A DNA stretch of 64,000 bases, taken from contig CDRNVI010000029.1 of NCBI GenBank assembly GCA_977017575.1, positions 372,001 to 436,000 on the forward strand. Reading direction: 5' to 3'. Shown here piece by piece: positions 20,565-30,450 of this stretch (its first letter is position 1; every line of letters starts with the position of its first letter). Origin of the DNA: Paramoeba atlantica. Taxonomy: Eukaryota; Protista; Discosea. The translations under genes were made by a program, and so were the position numbers. The notes under the pieces were generated by a model. It had not been told where the DNA came from. It made no database searches and saw nothing but the letters and a program-made list of their open reading frames with translations.

Positions 20565-22814
20565 GTGGAGGATCCGCTGAAGTATGGAGACCTATCCAAC
20601 TTTTTCTACTATGAGTTATGCTCTTTCAAGCCAAACGGGAGTTTTCCTTCAAAGCTGTGCATTAAGGAAATGGAGCATAGACAAGGGTCGGCATCCTTCT
20701 TGAAAGACTCCGCAAATCAAAGACGACATGCGGTGTGTCGCTCGTGTGGCATTACCCTTCACAGTAGGTGTAAGCAAACATACTACACCCACAAAAATGA
20801 ATCTTGCAAAACACTGAAGAAACAACGAAAAGGAGGCGCCCATGAATCGCCAAAAACGAACCTCACGGCTCAAACTTTTCTTTCGAAAGCATTGCCGTGC
20901 CTCGGAGCACAGGCAAATTTATCGACCGAGGGCCTTCTCAAGTTCGTAAGTGCATACGAAGGAGCACGCCCTGACATTTCCCCGGACCAAAATATTTCGA
21001 AGCTACCGTGCGCCAAAAAATTCCACCTCTCCGAGAAAGGCTTGACTACCGAAATATGGGAGCTAGTCCACAAGACGGTTTCTGAAAGCGCCTTCTTTGG
21101 TATAGCTGTGGACGGAGGGATCGACAACGTGAAGCATCAAAACATATTAGTCAGTGTTTTGTACGCAGGAGCCAATTCGTTTGTTCTGCCTCCAATCTAT
21201 CACAAACGTTTCAAAGCGTTTAATGGGATTGAGATGGCGAAATCTATCGTTAGTATGCTTCGCAGCGGCCTAGGTGACGGAGTTCAAAAGCTTCGTTACT
21301 TCATGGTCGATGGGTGCGGCGTGAATCACGTTGCACGACAGGCCACGGAGCGTGAACTTCGTGATATTTATGATCGAATATCTCCTGTCGGGACTGAGGA
21401 TGTCACAAACGTGTGTAATGGGATTCGCATGGCTGTACCGTGCGTGAAAGAAGTATCGTACTTCGGACACATTCTCAACCTAATTGCCAGAGATACTATG
21501 GTACCGTATCAATCATTACCCGTTATGTGTCTCAGAGATGCATTTGCGCATATTTTCTGGTCAGGAGGAAAACCGAGTGCAAAGAAAGGTAAGTATATGG
21601 GACGTGCGATCGAAGAAATCTTGTGTTCCGTGGATGAAGAAACCCGTGATGCTGTGCAACTGTTCTCTCAATGGTACCAAATTCTGGGGGATACCAATGT
21701 GCCCGATGAATTCCGTTCATCTCATGTCAATGATCTTTGCAGCGCTCTTGAAATTATTAAAAATGTATGTGTAGAGCCTGTGCAGTCTCTTCTTGTGACG
21801 TTACGCGGGAATGGTACCTTTGAGGAAAAGCACTTTGAACTAGTAGAAAAAGGCCCGTTGATCATGGAAGCTGTGGAACGCACGAAGCGAATAAATAAAT
21901 TACCTGCCCCTAAATTGGGTGGAGCTACCAGATGGTGTACCGGCCGCTTCGAAAGTTTGCAGTACATTGCAGAAAATCTCCCAACCATTACTCGGTTTGT
22001 ATATGATGAAGTTACTTCGGGAAATGCGTCGGATTCTATCAAGAAATGTGCGGAAATTATAAAAGAAAGCGACCCCCAAGATTTGATGGGACAAGCACGC
22101 GAAATATTAAAACAGTTAGATGTTGTCCACAAGTCGTTGAAACAGTTGTCAGATATGCCTAATGAGCCCATGGCGTTGGTCCCGTATCCAATTTTACAGC
22201 GATTGAAGTCTGAAAGTGAGAAAGAAACTGCTAATCCTGAGTTAATAAATTCCCTACAGAAGCATAAACAGCGACTTGAAAATAAAGCATACATGTATTA
22301 TTGGTGCGCAGTAATGAGTTTTTCTCCATTGCACATTTTTTTGAGAAGGAAGCATCCGACAGCACAATACCCCGTCATTAGCGTTGATGTGGCAAACGAC
22401 GTTTTTCAGAGTGGAGAACCTCTTTTTCATATTTCAGAAGACGAGTGGAACTCTTATATTAAATGTAAGAACTTTGATTGGCAACCCTCCGTGCACACCT
22501 CCGTATGGAAATGGTGGGAAGATGTCGGAAAAGAAAACTTTCCATCTATATACCAAGCCGCTCGTCACTACTTGTGGGTGCCGCCAATCGTCACAGCATG
22601 TGATTCCCTGCTTTCCATTATGGGATGGAAGTATAACCCGCGTCAAGCCTCCCTTGATAGCGACGTAATCGCCACTCAAATGTTTCTTCGAGGTAATCTA
22701 AATAAATTGACTTATCTTTGTAAAGCTCCAGCCGATACACAGACAAGTGAAGACGGATACAAAAGCGAAGGGAAAGATGAAACAGAATCTAGCGAATCGG
22801 AGCACGACATATAG
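20565..22814 (+). CDS. hAT-like transposase (BED-like finger, DDE/RNase H core, C-terminal dimerisation domain)
   Basis: CRSC...H..C finger; AVDGG, MVDGCG, GHILNLIARD, GATRW, WKWW...FPSIYQAARHYLWVPP..TACDSLLS...RQASL. Confidence 0.8.
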   Translation: MEDPLKYGDLSNFFYYELCSFKPNGSFPSKLCIKEMEHRQGSASFLKDSANQRRHAVCRSCGITLHSRCKQTYYTHKNESCKTLKKQRKGGAHESPKTNLTAQTFLSKALPCLGAQANLSTEGLLKFVSAYEGARPDISPDQNISKLPCAKKFHLSEKGLTTEIWELVHKTVSESAFFGIAVDGGIDNVKHQNILVSVLYAGANSFVLPPIYHKRFKAFNGIEMAKSIVSMLRSGLGDGVQKLRYFMVDGCGVNHVARQATERELRDIYDRISPVGTEDVTNVCNGIRMAVPCVKEVSYFGHILNLIARDTMVPYQSLPVMCLRDAFAHIFWSGGKPSAKKGKYMGRAIEEILCSVDEETRDAVQLFSQWYQILGDTNVPDEFRSSHVNDLCSALEIIKNVCVEPVQSLLVTLRGNGTFEEKHFELVEKGPLIMEAVERTKRINKLPAPKLGGATRWCTGRFESLQYIAENLPTITRFVYDEVTSGNASDSIKKCAEIIKESDPQDLMGQAREILKQLDVVHKSLKQLSDMPNEPMALVPYPILQRLKSESEKETANPELINSLQKHKQRLENKAYMYYWCAVMSFSPLHIFLRRKHPTAQYPVISVDVANDVFQSGEPLFHISEDEWNSYIKCKNFDWQPSVHTSVWKWWEDVGKENFPSIYQAARHYLWVPPIVTACDSLLSIMGWKYNPRQASLDSDVIATQMFLRGNLNKLTYLCKAPADTQTSEDGYKSEGKDETESSESEHDI

Positions 22815-24667
22815 TTTGAATTACATTTTCTTTATAAATTATATCCTAAAAAATACCTGAATTCTGCAGCACGTGATCTAACCACGTTTAGTTTCTCATT
22901 ATGCTTGTATTTTTCAAGATTAGTTATATTGAAGCATACAGTATAGTTATAAAAAGGTAGTTATATGGAATACAATTGGGGGGTAGGCTTCCGGTGGGCC
23001 TAGGGGGTGTACACCAAAAAAAATACAATCAGTTATATTGAACAACAAACAGTATGTAGCTGCAAAATATAGTTGAGGTCTTCCATATTGGTCGTCAAGG
23101 GGAAGCATGTGCGCAACAAATTTTACACAAAAGTTTACAATGGTATACTCATTTTGTTTTGGGGTTTTTTCCATGATTTGTGTTATGCTTCTAGGAAGCA
23201 TGAGAGCTATACTTTTTCCCCGCACTAACACTTAATTTGAATTTTGTAACGCGCGCTACTTTTCATATTATTCATACACGCCATTGAGGCTATATTTTTA
23301 AACACATCATTAATCGTAATGCTTTTAAATTAATTTAGAAACTTTCCCTACTTTTCTAAACATGTAGGTATTCATGTACATGAATTTGATTACCTCCCGG
23401 ACTCATTTTTCTTGTAACTAGGATCTTCCTCCACGTAAATACTCTGCTCCGTGGTAAACTCTCGCGTTTCTTCGCGATGATGTCCTGTTCGACACGCGAT
23501 TCTACGCGATGGCGTCCGATAACCCCAGACGATCTGTTACCCACACGTTACGTCCACGATTGTGCGTCAAATCTCAGGTAGCTTTTGAATGTGGTAATTG
23601 GGTAATTGAAATGTGGTAATTACCACCTATTACCACACATGTGGTAAATTACCGCATTACCACATCCAGGGTACACCACATACAGGGCTCACCGCTGTAA
23701 CAGCGGTGAGCCCTTGTGAAATTGGGCGTGGCCTATATTGATGCCCTGCTTGCCTCAAATCTCGACGAACAGTTCGAGGGCTTGCAGTAACACCCTTTCT
23801 GCACAAAACAACAGAAATACGCTTTGAACTGTTGTACTTTGGCACCCCTGCCGCATCTTTCTTAGAAATAATGGTTTCAATCCTTTTTTTACGAGACTTT
23901 ATTTTTTTTTCTGTGGGGATTTCTTTAGGCTTTTTTTCGTCTCAATTTTGGGGTGATCACGGAGGTATTTTCGAATGTATTTCACGCTTACATTCAATTC
24001 ACGTACTATTCGTTTCTTTGGGATGCCATCTTGAAACCTTAAAAGCATGAGTTCTTTCCCCAGGGGGCTGAGGCCACCTTTCGGAGGCCTGCGGAATGAT
24101 TTTTTCATAAATCGACCCTAATGTTAAAGTGATAAAATATTTTTTTATTTTTTTATTTTTCATGAGCTAAAAACAGCGGGAACGTACAGATCTCAAAATT
24201 TTAAACGAAAACATGGTATGATAACCCTACCATACCCCCTCATGCAAAAAATAAGTGGGGGTGCCTTATTGGTGGCCAGGGGTTTATAATATATTTCAAG
24301 CCTATGTACATGTACTTAATTATGAAAAACAGAGCTTTGAAAACTTTTTCATTCTGATCTTGTACTTCAGAGATTTTTTCATGGGAATGTTTATTTTTAG
24401 AACGTCAGGCGATGAAGTTGACGTACTTGGGTCTTGCTTTCAAAACAACGATTGCGATTTACTACGCAACTCATGCAGCCATTTAATTGCTAATAAGGTA
24501 TTTCGAAAAAAAATCGTTGAACACGTAAATAGAAAATGTACATGATTGAGAAAAAGTATGTTTGCTCTTCAGAAATCACCTGTATTTCATACGTGATATA
24601 TAGAATGCGTGAATACTTCGTGTGCGAATAAACAATGGGATCAAATTAGTTCATATAAGTCCTTTTG

Positions 24668-25216
24668 ATGAATCATACAAGGCCCCTTAAGGGCACAGTC
24701 GAGGACTCCGAGCAGAATCGTTCAGTCCAAATACAAAAAGCGCACCAAGCTTTCACGAAACACGCACGTATGCGTCGGAAAAAAGACGTCTGGTGTTCAA
24801 GATTTGAAACCTTGTTTGAAGGCCCTCTCCTTGATGACGATATTCTACCGTCCTCTCAAGGCTCATCTCAACACACTCCACATCTGTCTTCAGGCGTTCA
24901 ATCGTCTTCTGCCCCCAGCGATACTTCACCACAGCACATTAGTGCAGATCAAACTAATTCAAGCCCACCGATTCATTTTGTTTCTCAATCGCCAGCTCGA
25001 AGGCTAGAATTTAGCCAAGTGGCAGAGGCGCGGACGATAGAGGACCGAGACGCTATCTTAGATGAGTACAGAAATTTACCCATTGAACTTTTACTTCAGA
25101 TAGAGCGCGATGCAAATGAGGAAGCAGCTAATGAACTGCACACAGAAATGCAGATGGCGGAAGCGCTTGCCCACGAAGAGCAATATAGGCGTTATTTTTT
25201 GTCTCGTGGTACGTAA
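24668..25216 (+). CDS. Hypothetical protein between two transposons
   Basis: 182-codon ORF in gene-sense orientation; Ser-rich middle, acidic helical C-terminus; no family recognised. Confidence 0.4.
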   Translation: MNHTRPLKGTVEDSEQNRSVQIQKAHQAFTKHARMRRKKDVWCSRFETLFEGPLLDDDILPSSQGSSQHTPHLSSGVQSSSAPSDTSPQHISADQTNSSPPIHFVSQSPARRLEFSQVAEARTIEDRDAILDEYRNLPIELLLQIERDANEEAANELHTEMQMAEALAHEEQYRRYFLSRGT

Positions 25217-25316
25217 GTAAAGAAGGAATAAAATTTTTGCACCGTCTTTACTTTCATCCGTTTAAGGTATTGAAATCTAATGTTTTGTAATTGTGGAGAA
25301 TGATAGTGACCATATA

Positions 25317-26825
25317 CAGGGGTGTAAATTTGGATGTGGGGGGGTCTAAAATTCGTAAAACTTGGCCAATTGTGGAAAATAATAGCGCATTCGAGAGCTC
25401 TCGAACAGGGCTCATGAACGCAACATGGCCGCGATAGGCACAAGGGGGTATTGCCCCCTCGACAAAGGGCCCCCAAATGCGATTTGCAACTTTCTAAAGC
25501 ACGGGAAAAAATAGAAAAAAAATTAATAATTGCAGTTTCCGCCGTTCTTTTCAAGCACAATACGGCATCGCTTACGAAAGCTCTTCATAGCGTTTTCAGA
25601 GGCTATAGAATGTGTCGTTTGAAGATCTTGAAACGCTGCTTCGATCGCAATGATTAAATCTGTACGATTTCTAGGGGCCAAACTATTTTTGAAATTGTCC
25701 ATTATGGACCATAAATTTTCAACGGGCATGAGATCAGGTGATTTTGCTGGCCAAGGAAGAACAGTAATTCCTTTCTCTTGAAAGCTTGTCCTGGCCAGAT
25801 TGTGCACCGTACAGTTATCCATTGCAATAACGCTAGAACGGTGCCGCTTAAGGTAAGAAATTAACCCTCCACGCTTCTTCATGGCTTCATCAAAAATAGC
25901 CCCCGTCACTGTACCTCGGTTTACTTGAGAACGAACAGAAGGAAAAACGTGAAGGTGAAACCCATGCTTAAGGCTCGCTGCCATCCAAACCATAACACCA
26001 TTCCCCCCATGCCATGCATCCAATTCACCTTGCTGCTCCTTGGGAGCGTCAGTTTTGCGGCAGAGGTACGTGATGTGCTCCCCATTCTTCCCACAGGTAA
26101 TTTTTTTTCATCCATCCAAATGATATTGGACAGTTCCGCGTCACTCCACGTTAGCATTTCTTCACAGAAACGTACTCGTTTCTCTTTATGCACTGAGGTA
26201 AGTGCAGGGGATTTCCGGACTGTGCGCAAGACGATGCCATGTGATTTCATGTGGGTCGTCAAAGTTTGACGAGAGCAAGTGAACCCAAGATTTTCCATTA
26301 ACCGATGGAGCTCACTCCAGCTCCTGATGCCATAGGGTTGATCTCGAACACCCTCGTCTATCGCTTTCAACGTAGTTCAGGTGTCACAGCGATGTTCGTT
26401 GGGGCGTGTTTCTGGTTCTTGGAGTCTACTTCTCCAGTATCACGATAGCGCTCCACCCAGCGCTTCACAGTAGCTTCATGAACTTGAAAATTGCGCGCGG
26501 TTAGGGAAAAATACTGTGTTGCTTCGTAATATGTGCCCAGGCGAGGAATAAGCACTTTCGGAGTGCTTATGTTCCGGAGATCGTCCACAATCCCGTCGTT
26601 GTGGCATGAATAAGGGCAAAAAACAGAAAAATTGTGAAAATTGCAGGATTTCGTCTTCCAAAAAACTATGTTTTTTTATGTGCATCCGAAAATCTAATTA
26701 ACACGGATACGGTATATGCACGTTCATGAGCCCTGTTCGAGATCTCTCGAATGCGCTATTATTTTCCAAAAATGGCCAAATTTTACGAATTTTGGACCCA
26801 CCCCACATCCAAATTTACACCCCTG
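25317..26825 (-). mobile_element. Complete Tc1-like transposon (1509 bp, DD32E) with frameshifted transposase
   Basis: ~100-bp TIRs (CAGGGGTGTAAATTTGGATGTGGGG...) flanked by TA at 25315-16 and 26826-27. Transposase spread over three frames (26588-26367, 26370-~26100, ~26100-25523) with WMDEKK, AMDNCTVH, SPDLMPVENLW. Confidence 0.93.
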
Positions 26826-26956
26826 TAGTTACTATACTAAGTTAGTTATATCAAAGAATGTTTTTTTTCCCTTGTAGGTAAGCATCTTGTTATTTTTATG
26901 TCTCAGAGAGGGTGAAGAAACCCAATGATTGGGTTTCAGACAGTGATTGGCAATCA

Positions 26957-27540
26957 CTGTCACCCCCCCTTTTATAGTTCCTCCGGTTTCGGTACTTTTT
27001 TAGAAGCAACCTTTCGGAAGTAAAGGTTATAAAGGGGGCCGAAAGTTTGAATACCGGAAAGAAAGCTTTTTGAAAAAGGGACAACAAAACACGCCGTATT
27101 TATCGCTAGGTTATTGTGCACTGTTACTCGAGTGACACACATTCAACTTGTCCTGCATCGTGAGATTCTTTCTTCTCTGAGGTGCACCGACGGACACTGG
27201 CTCGGGTCTTAAAACTGTTAGTTCGTGGGGGGGGGCGAACGCGAGGAAAAGGGGGACGAAGCTTAACCCACTGTGTGACTAATGGCATGTTAAAGAGTAT
27301 CGCAGATAAATTTGCTGTATATCTAGAAATATCTCCATACACCTCCAAATTTTTATGCGGAAACATGTAGAAAAATATTCAAAAAAAGCGCTGCTTCGCA
27401 GTGCGTGTTTTCTTAGGTGGAAGTAAAGTTTATAAGCTTTCTACTTTAGTAAAGGCGGGGGCTAAATTTTCGTTTGGATGAAAACGGAAGTACATGTATA
27501 AAGAGGGGTTCCCCACCTGAAGTACAAAGGAGGGTGACAG
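26957..27540. mobile_element. Possible MITE (~580 bp)
   Basis: Imperfect ~20-bp TIRs CTGTCACCCCCCCTTTTATA / GTACAAAGGAGGGTGACAG; TA on the right side only. Confidence 0.4.
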
Positions 27541-27635
27541 TAATTAAATTCACTCAGATATTGTGTTCCTCCAACTTTTTACATTTACGTACACCGGTAT
27601 ATTGTTTAAGATTTTTTTGTACGCTCACTCTGACC

Positions 27636-27953
27636 ATGACTACCTTTCCGGCAAACGACGGAAATATTGAAGCATTCAGCTGCAAAGCATGTAGAATAGA
27701 ATTTAGGAACTTCCAGTCTCTTGAAATACATAAACTATCAAACTCTCATTTAAGAACTATGGGCGAGTCTACAAGCGTTTCACACTCGACATTGAAGGAT
27801 TTTCGAGAAACGATAGATAATCTTTCACGCGACAGAACAACAAGTCGTTCTAATGATGTAAGATCCGAACTTGTAGGTAGCAACTCCGGTGCTCAAATCT
27901 TTAACCAAACTGAACAAATGAAAGATTCTATGGGCTTTACTTCTTTTAGGTAG
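27636..27953 (+). CDS. Small C2H2 zinc-finger protein
   Basis: CKACRIEFRNFQSLEIHKLSNSH; first ATG at 27636 after a T-rich tract. Confidence 0.55.
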   Translation: MTTFPANDGNIEAFSCKACRIEFRNFQSLEIHKLSNSHLRTMGESTSVSHSTLKDFRETIDNLSRDRTTSRSNDVRSELVGSNSGAQIFNQTEQMKDSMGFTSFR

Positions 27954-28114
27954 TATGGTGTGACTTATCTACGTAGGGTTGTATCTTTCAAGGATGCCAC
28001 TGACTGTAGGCGTGCGTAAGCCTCTGTTGTTGGATCTTCAAGTGTTATTAATGTATGGTCCTAAGTTTGTTTTATTTTTTTTCTATTTGGTTCCCTATTT
28101 TGAAAACGAGATAC

Positions 28115-29791
28115 ATGGTGCATCGTCGTCCGTACGATCCTTCAAAATTGAACGAGCATGTTTCTATACCTTGCATAGTGGTAACGACGGTAGATGTTGC
28201 GCCAGTCCTGAAGTTGCTCCTGGGGTATATGTATAAAAAGTGTGGCGTTAAGCAAGTTCAAGAAATTGAATTGTGCGGATGTACAGGGAAATGTGAAGAT
28301 CATGATGTTGTGAAGTTAACATCCTTTCGGGCTATCCTCTTGAAAGAAAACGCAGATGTATCACTAATCAGGTCTATTTTGATGCCAGCTCTTAATATTG
28401 AAGTAAATGCGGCACCTCGTGCATGTTTATCGTGTATGCTTAGAACAGGAAGTTTAAAAGCTGGAATGCTTGGTACTCTTAGCCTACGCCTTAGTGTTCA
28501 TAACTATAAATATAAGGAAGCATTGTGCCTTTTGCTCGGGCAAGAGGGGTGTGTTCGAAACTGTATTCCGAGTAGTTTTGAACAGGTTGGCCACATAGCG
28601 CATTTTAACTTGACGCCAGAGGATGAACCGTGCAAAAATATTATTGGTGGACTTTTACTTGATACACATCCTACAGTATCTTTAGTGGTGAATAAACTTG
28701 ATTCCATTGATACGAAGTATCGTGAATTTAAAATGGAAGTTCTGGCCATGCGACGCAACGTCCTGTTCTCGCTTAATGTGGAACGGTTGGCTTTAAAAGC
28801 AGGCACCACGAAGAAGTTAAAAAGGGAACATGAAAATATTCATGAAGAAAAAATCACGCGGGATACTCAAAACCTTTTATCTGAAGGAGTGGAAAAGTCA
28901 ATCATATACCCTGCAGACACACCGCTTCCGTCGGATATATTTATTGTGTCGATCAAACAAAATCAATGTATTTTTCGTTTTCCGTACAACAAGGTGTATT
29001 GGAACACGCGACTTGACACTGAACATCGTCGGATGATCAATAGTATAAAACAGGAAGACACCGTGATTGACGTCTTTGCTGGGGTAGGCCCTTTTTCCTT
29101 GCCCTTGGCCAGGCAGAGATTTCAAAATATACTTTCCGAAAAGAAAAAGAAATTTCTGACAGAACATCCAAAGATAAAGCTTTTAGGCTGTGTGCATGCA
29201 AATGATTTAAATCCTCATTGCTATAGCGCATTGATTCAGAATGCGAAGGAGAATCGAATTAGAATTGCTAGTGAAGGCGGGGTAGAGGACAACAATGTTG
29301 ATAATTCATCTTCAAATTCGAACGGAAGAAAAATGCAGAGCATGCTGGGGGAAGAGGTACTTCAGATGCACTCGGCTTCTGATGATATTCTTTTTATCTC
29401 CAATAGAGAGGGTGCAGAGTTTGTAAAGCATTGGTTGGTTACTTTAAACGAAAAAAGAAGCGACGAAAAACATTCCTTTGGATTGATTCATTTCATACTC
29501 AATCTACCGGGAAGTGCAATGGAAATGGTGGTTCCGCTTTTTCAGGAATATTTGTTTAAGCCATGTGTAGAAAAGGTTGTAGTGCATGTATACACCTTTC
29601 TAAAATCCTCGACCGCACCTCATAAAGACTCAGCGCACAAACTTCAACAGTATTTAGGATGTGTAAGTTCTGTACAAGATCTTATTATTAACACACATAT
29701 TGTTCGCGATGTGGGTCCAAGAAAAACAATGATGTGTATTTCGTTTTGTCTCACACAAAAGACTGCTGTGGAATACGAGGCACACAGTTAG
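28115..29791 (+). CDS. TRM5: tRNA (guanine-37-N1)-methyltransferase Trm5
   Basis: SFEQVGHIAHFNL, YREFKMEVLA, VYWNTRL, DVFAGVGPF, ANDLNP, ILNLP. Confidence 0.93.
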   Translation: MVHRRPYDPSKLNEHVSIPCIVVTTVDVAPVLKLLLGYMYKKCGVKQVQEIELCGCTGKCEDHDVVKLTSFRAILLKENADVSLIRSILMPALNIEVNAAPRACLSCMLRTGSLKAGMLGTLSLRLSVHNYKYKEALCLLLGQEGCVRNCIPSSFEQVGHIAHFNLTPEDEPCKNIIGGLLLDTHPTVSLVVNKLDSIDTKYREFKMEVLAMRRNVLFSLNVERLALKAGTTKKLKREHENIHEEKITRDTQNLLSEGVEKSIIYPADTPLPSDIFIVSIKQNQCIFRFPYNKVYWNTRLDTEHRRMINSIKQEDTVIDVFAGVGPFSLPLARQRFQNILSEKKKKFLTEHPKIKLLGCVHANDLNPHCYSALIQNAKENRIRIASEGGVEDNNVDNSSSNSNGRKMQSMLGEEVLQMHSASDDILFISNREGAEFVKHWLVTLNEKRSDEKHSFGLIHFILNLPGSAMEMVVPLFQEYLFKPCVEKVVVHVYTFLKSSTAPHKDSAHKLQQYLGCVSSVQDLIINTHIVRDVGPRKTMMCISFCLTQKTAVEYEAHS

Positions 29792-29940
29792 GGGAGTACC
29801 TCAATGTGCATTTCCTGACTGACAAGTTTTTTCCTCACGTGTACGATATAGACAAACGCTATAAACAAAAGAGGTGCAGTGTACCGTTACCCCCCCCCCC
29901 CTTAGATATCGCGCATTCCGTCTCCGAAATGGACGGTTTG

Positions 29941-29993
29941 AGGATAAGTAACGTACTAGGATAAGTAGCATACTAGGATAAGTAGCGTACTAG
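29941..29993 (+). repeat. 3 x 17-bp tandem subterminal repeat of the pogo element
   Basis: AGGATAAGTA(A/G)C(G/A)TACT x3; the same motif forms a perfect 20-bp inverted pair at 37101-37120 / 37146-37165. Confidence 0.85.
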
Positions 29994-30450
29994 AAGAAGT
30001 TCGAGTGACCTTTGTGCCAAAAGTTGCTTTTAGCATGATACAACCATTGTGTTCTTTTCGTCGGAGTTGCACGCTGTCCAAGTGAGGCATCAAAAACAAA
30101 GTTAAAAATTATGTGATGGCTGTGATAAAGGAGATATGCTATGTAAATAATGAGCGTGTTGTTATACCTGCACAGGAGTTTCCTGTTCAGGGTACAACAC
30201 GCCATTATCTCGGCGTAGTAAACACGCCTTTGCTTGCTTGGCACAGTGATCGCCGGAAAATTATATATTTTTTTTCGGTTCATTTCACTGCCCAAGCTTC
30301 TTCCCACTTAAGGGGCTTGCCCCCACAACTGAGTGATCTCCCCGGTGGCATAGTATTACCTACATGTGTCAAGGAGGCTAAGAAGTGAGACCAAGGAACT
30401 CTGTCTGCCTTAAGTTTCGCGCATTATGATTGTTGAATATGGATTGATCA

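Larger units (their letters stand above)
19894..23671 (+). mobile_element. hAT-like transposon with subterminal GGTAAT/ATTACC repeats, nested in the Tc1
   Basis: Ends TA|CCCTGG...CCAGGG|TA with ~30-bp imperfect TIRs; clusters of GGTAAT/TTACCAC at 19901-19945 and 23590-23665. Confidence 0.75.
19131..24284 (-). mobile_element. Tc1-like (DD35E) transposon split by a nested 3.8-kb insertion
   Basis: TIRs TA|AACCCCTGGCCAAAATGAGGCACCCC and GGGGTGCCTTATTGGTGGCCAGGGGTT|TA. N-terminal part at 23.7-24.1 kb (PRTVRRDLRQAG..RPRPISQGLTAV). C-terminal part at 19284-19890 (VQKEKRVQF, FSDEK, QQDGATAH, SPDLSPIENIW). Confidence 0.9.
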
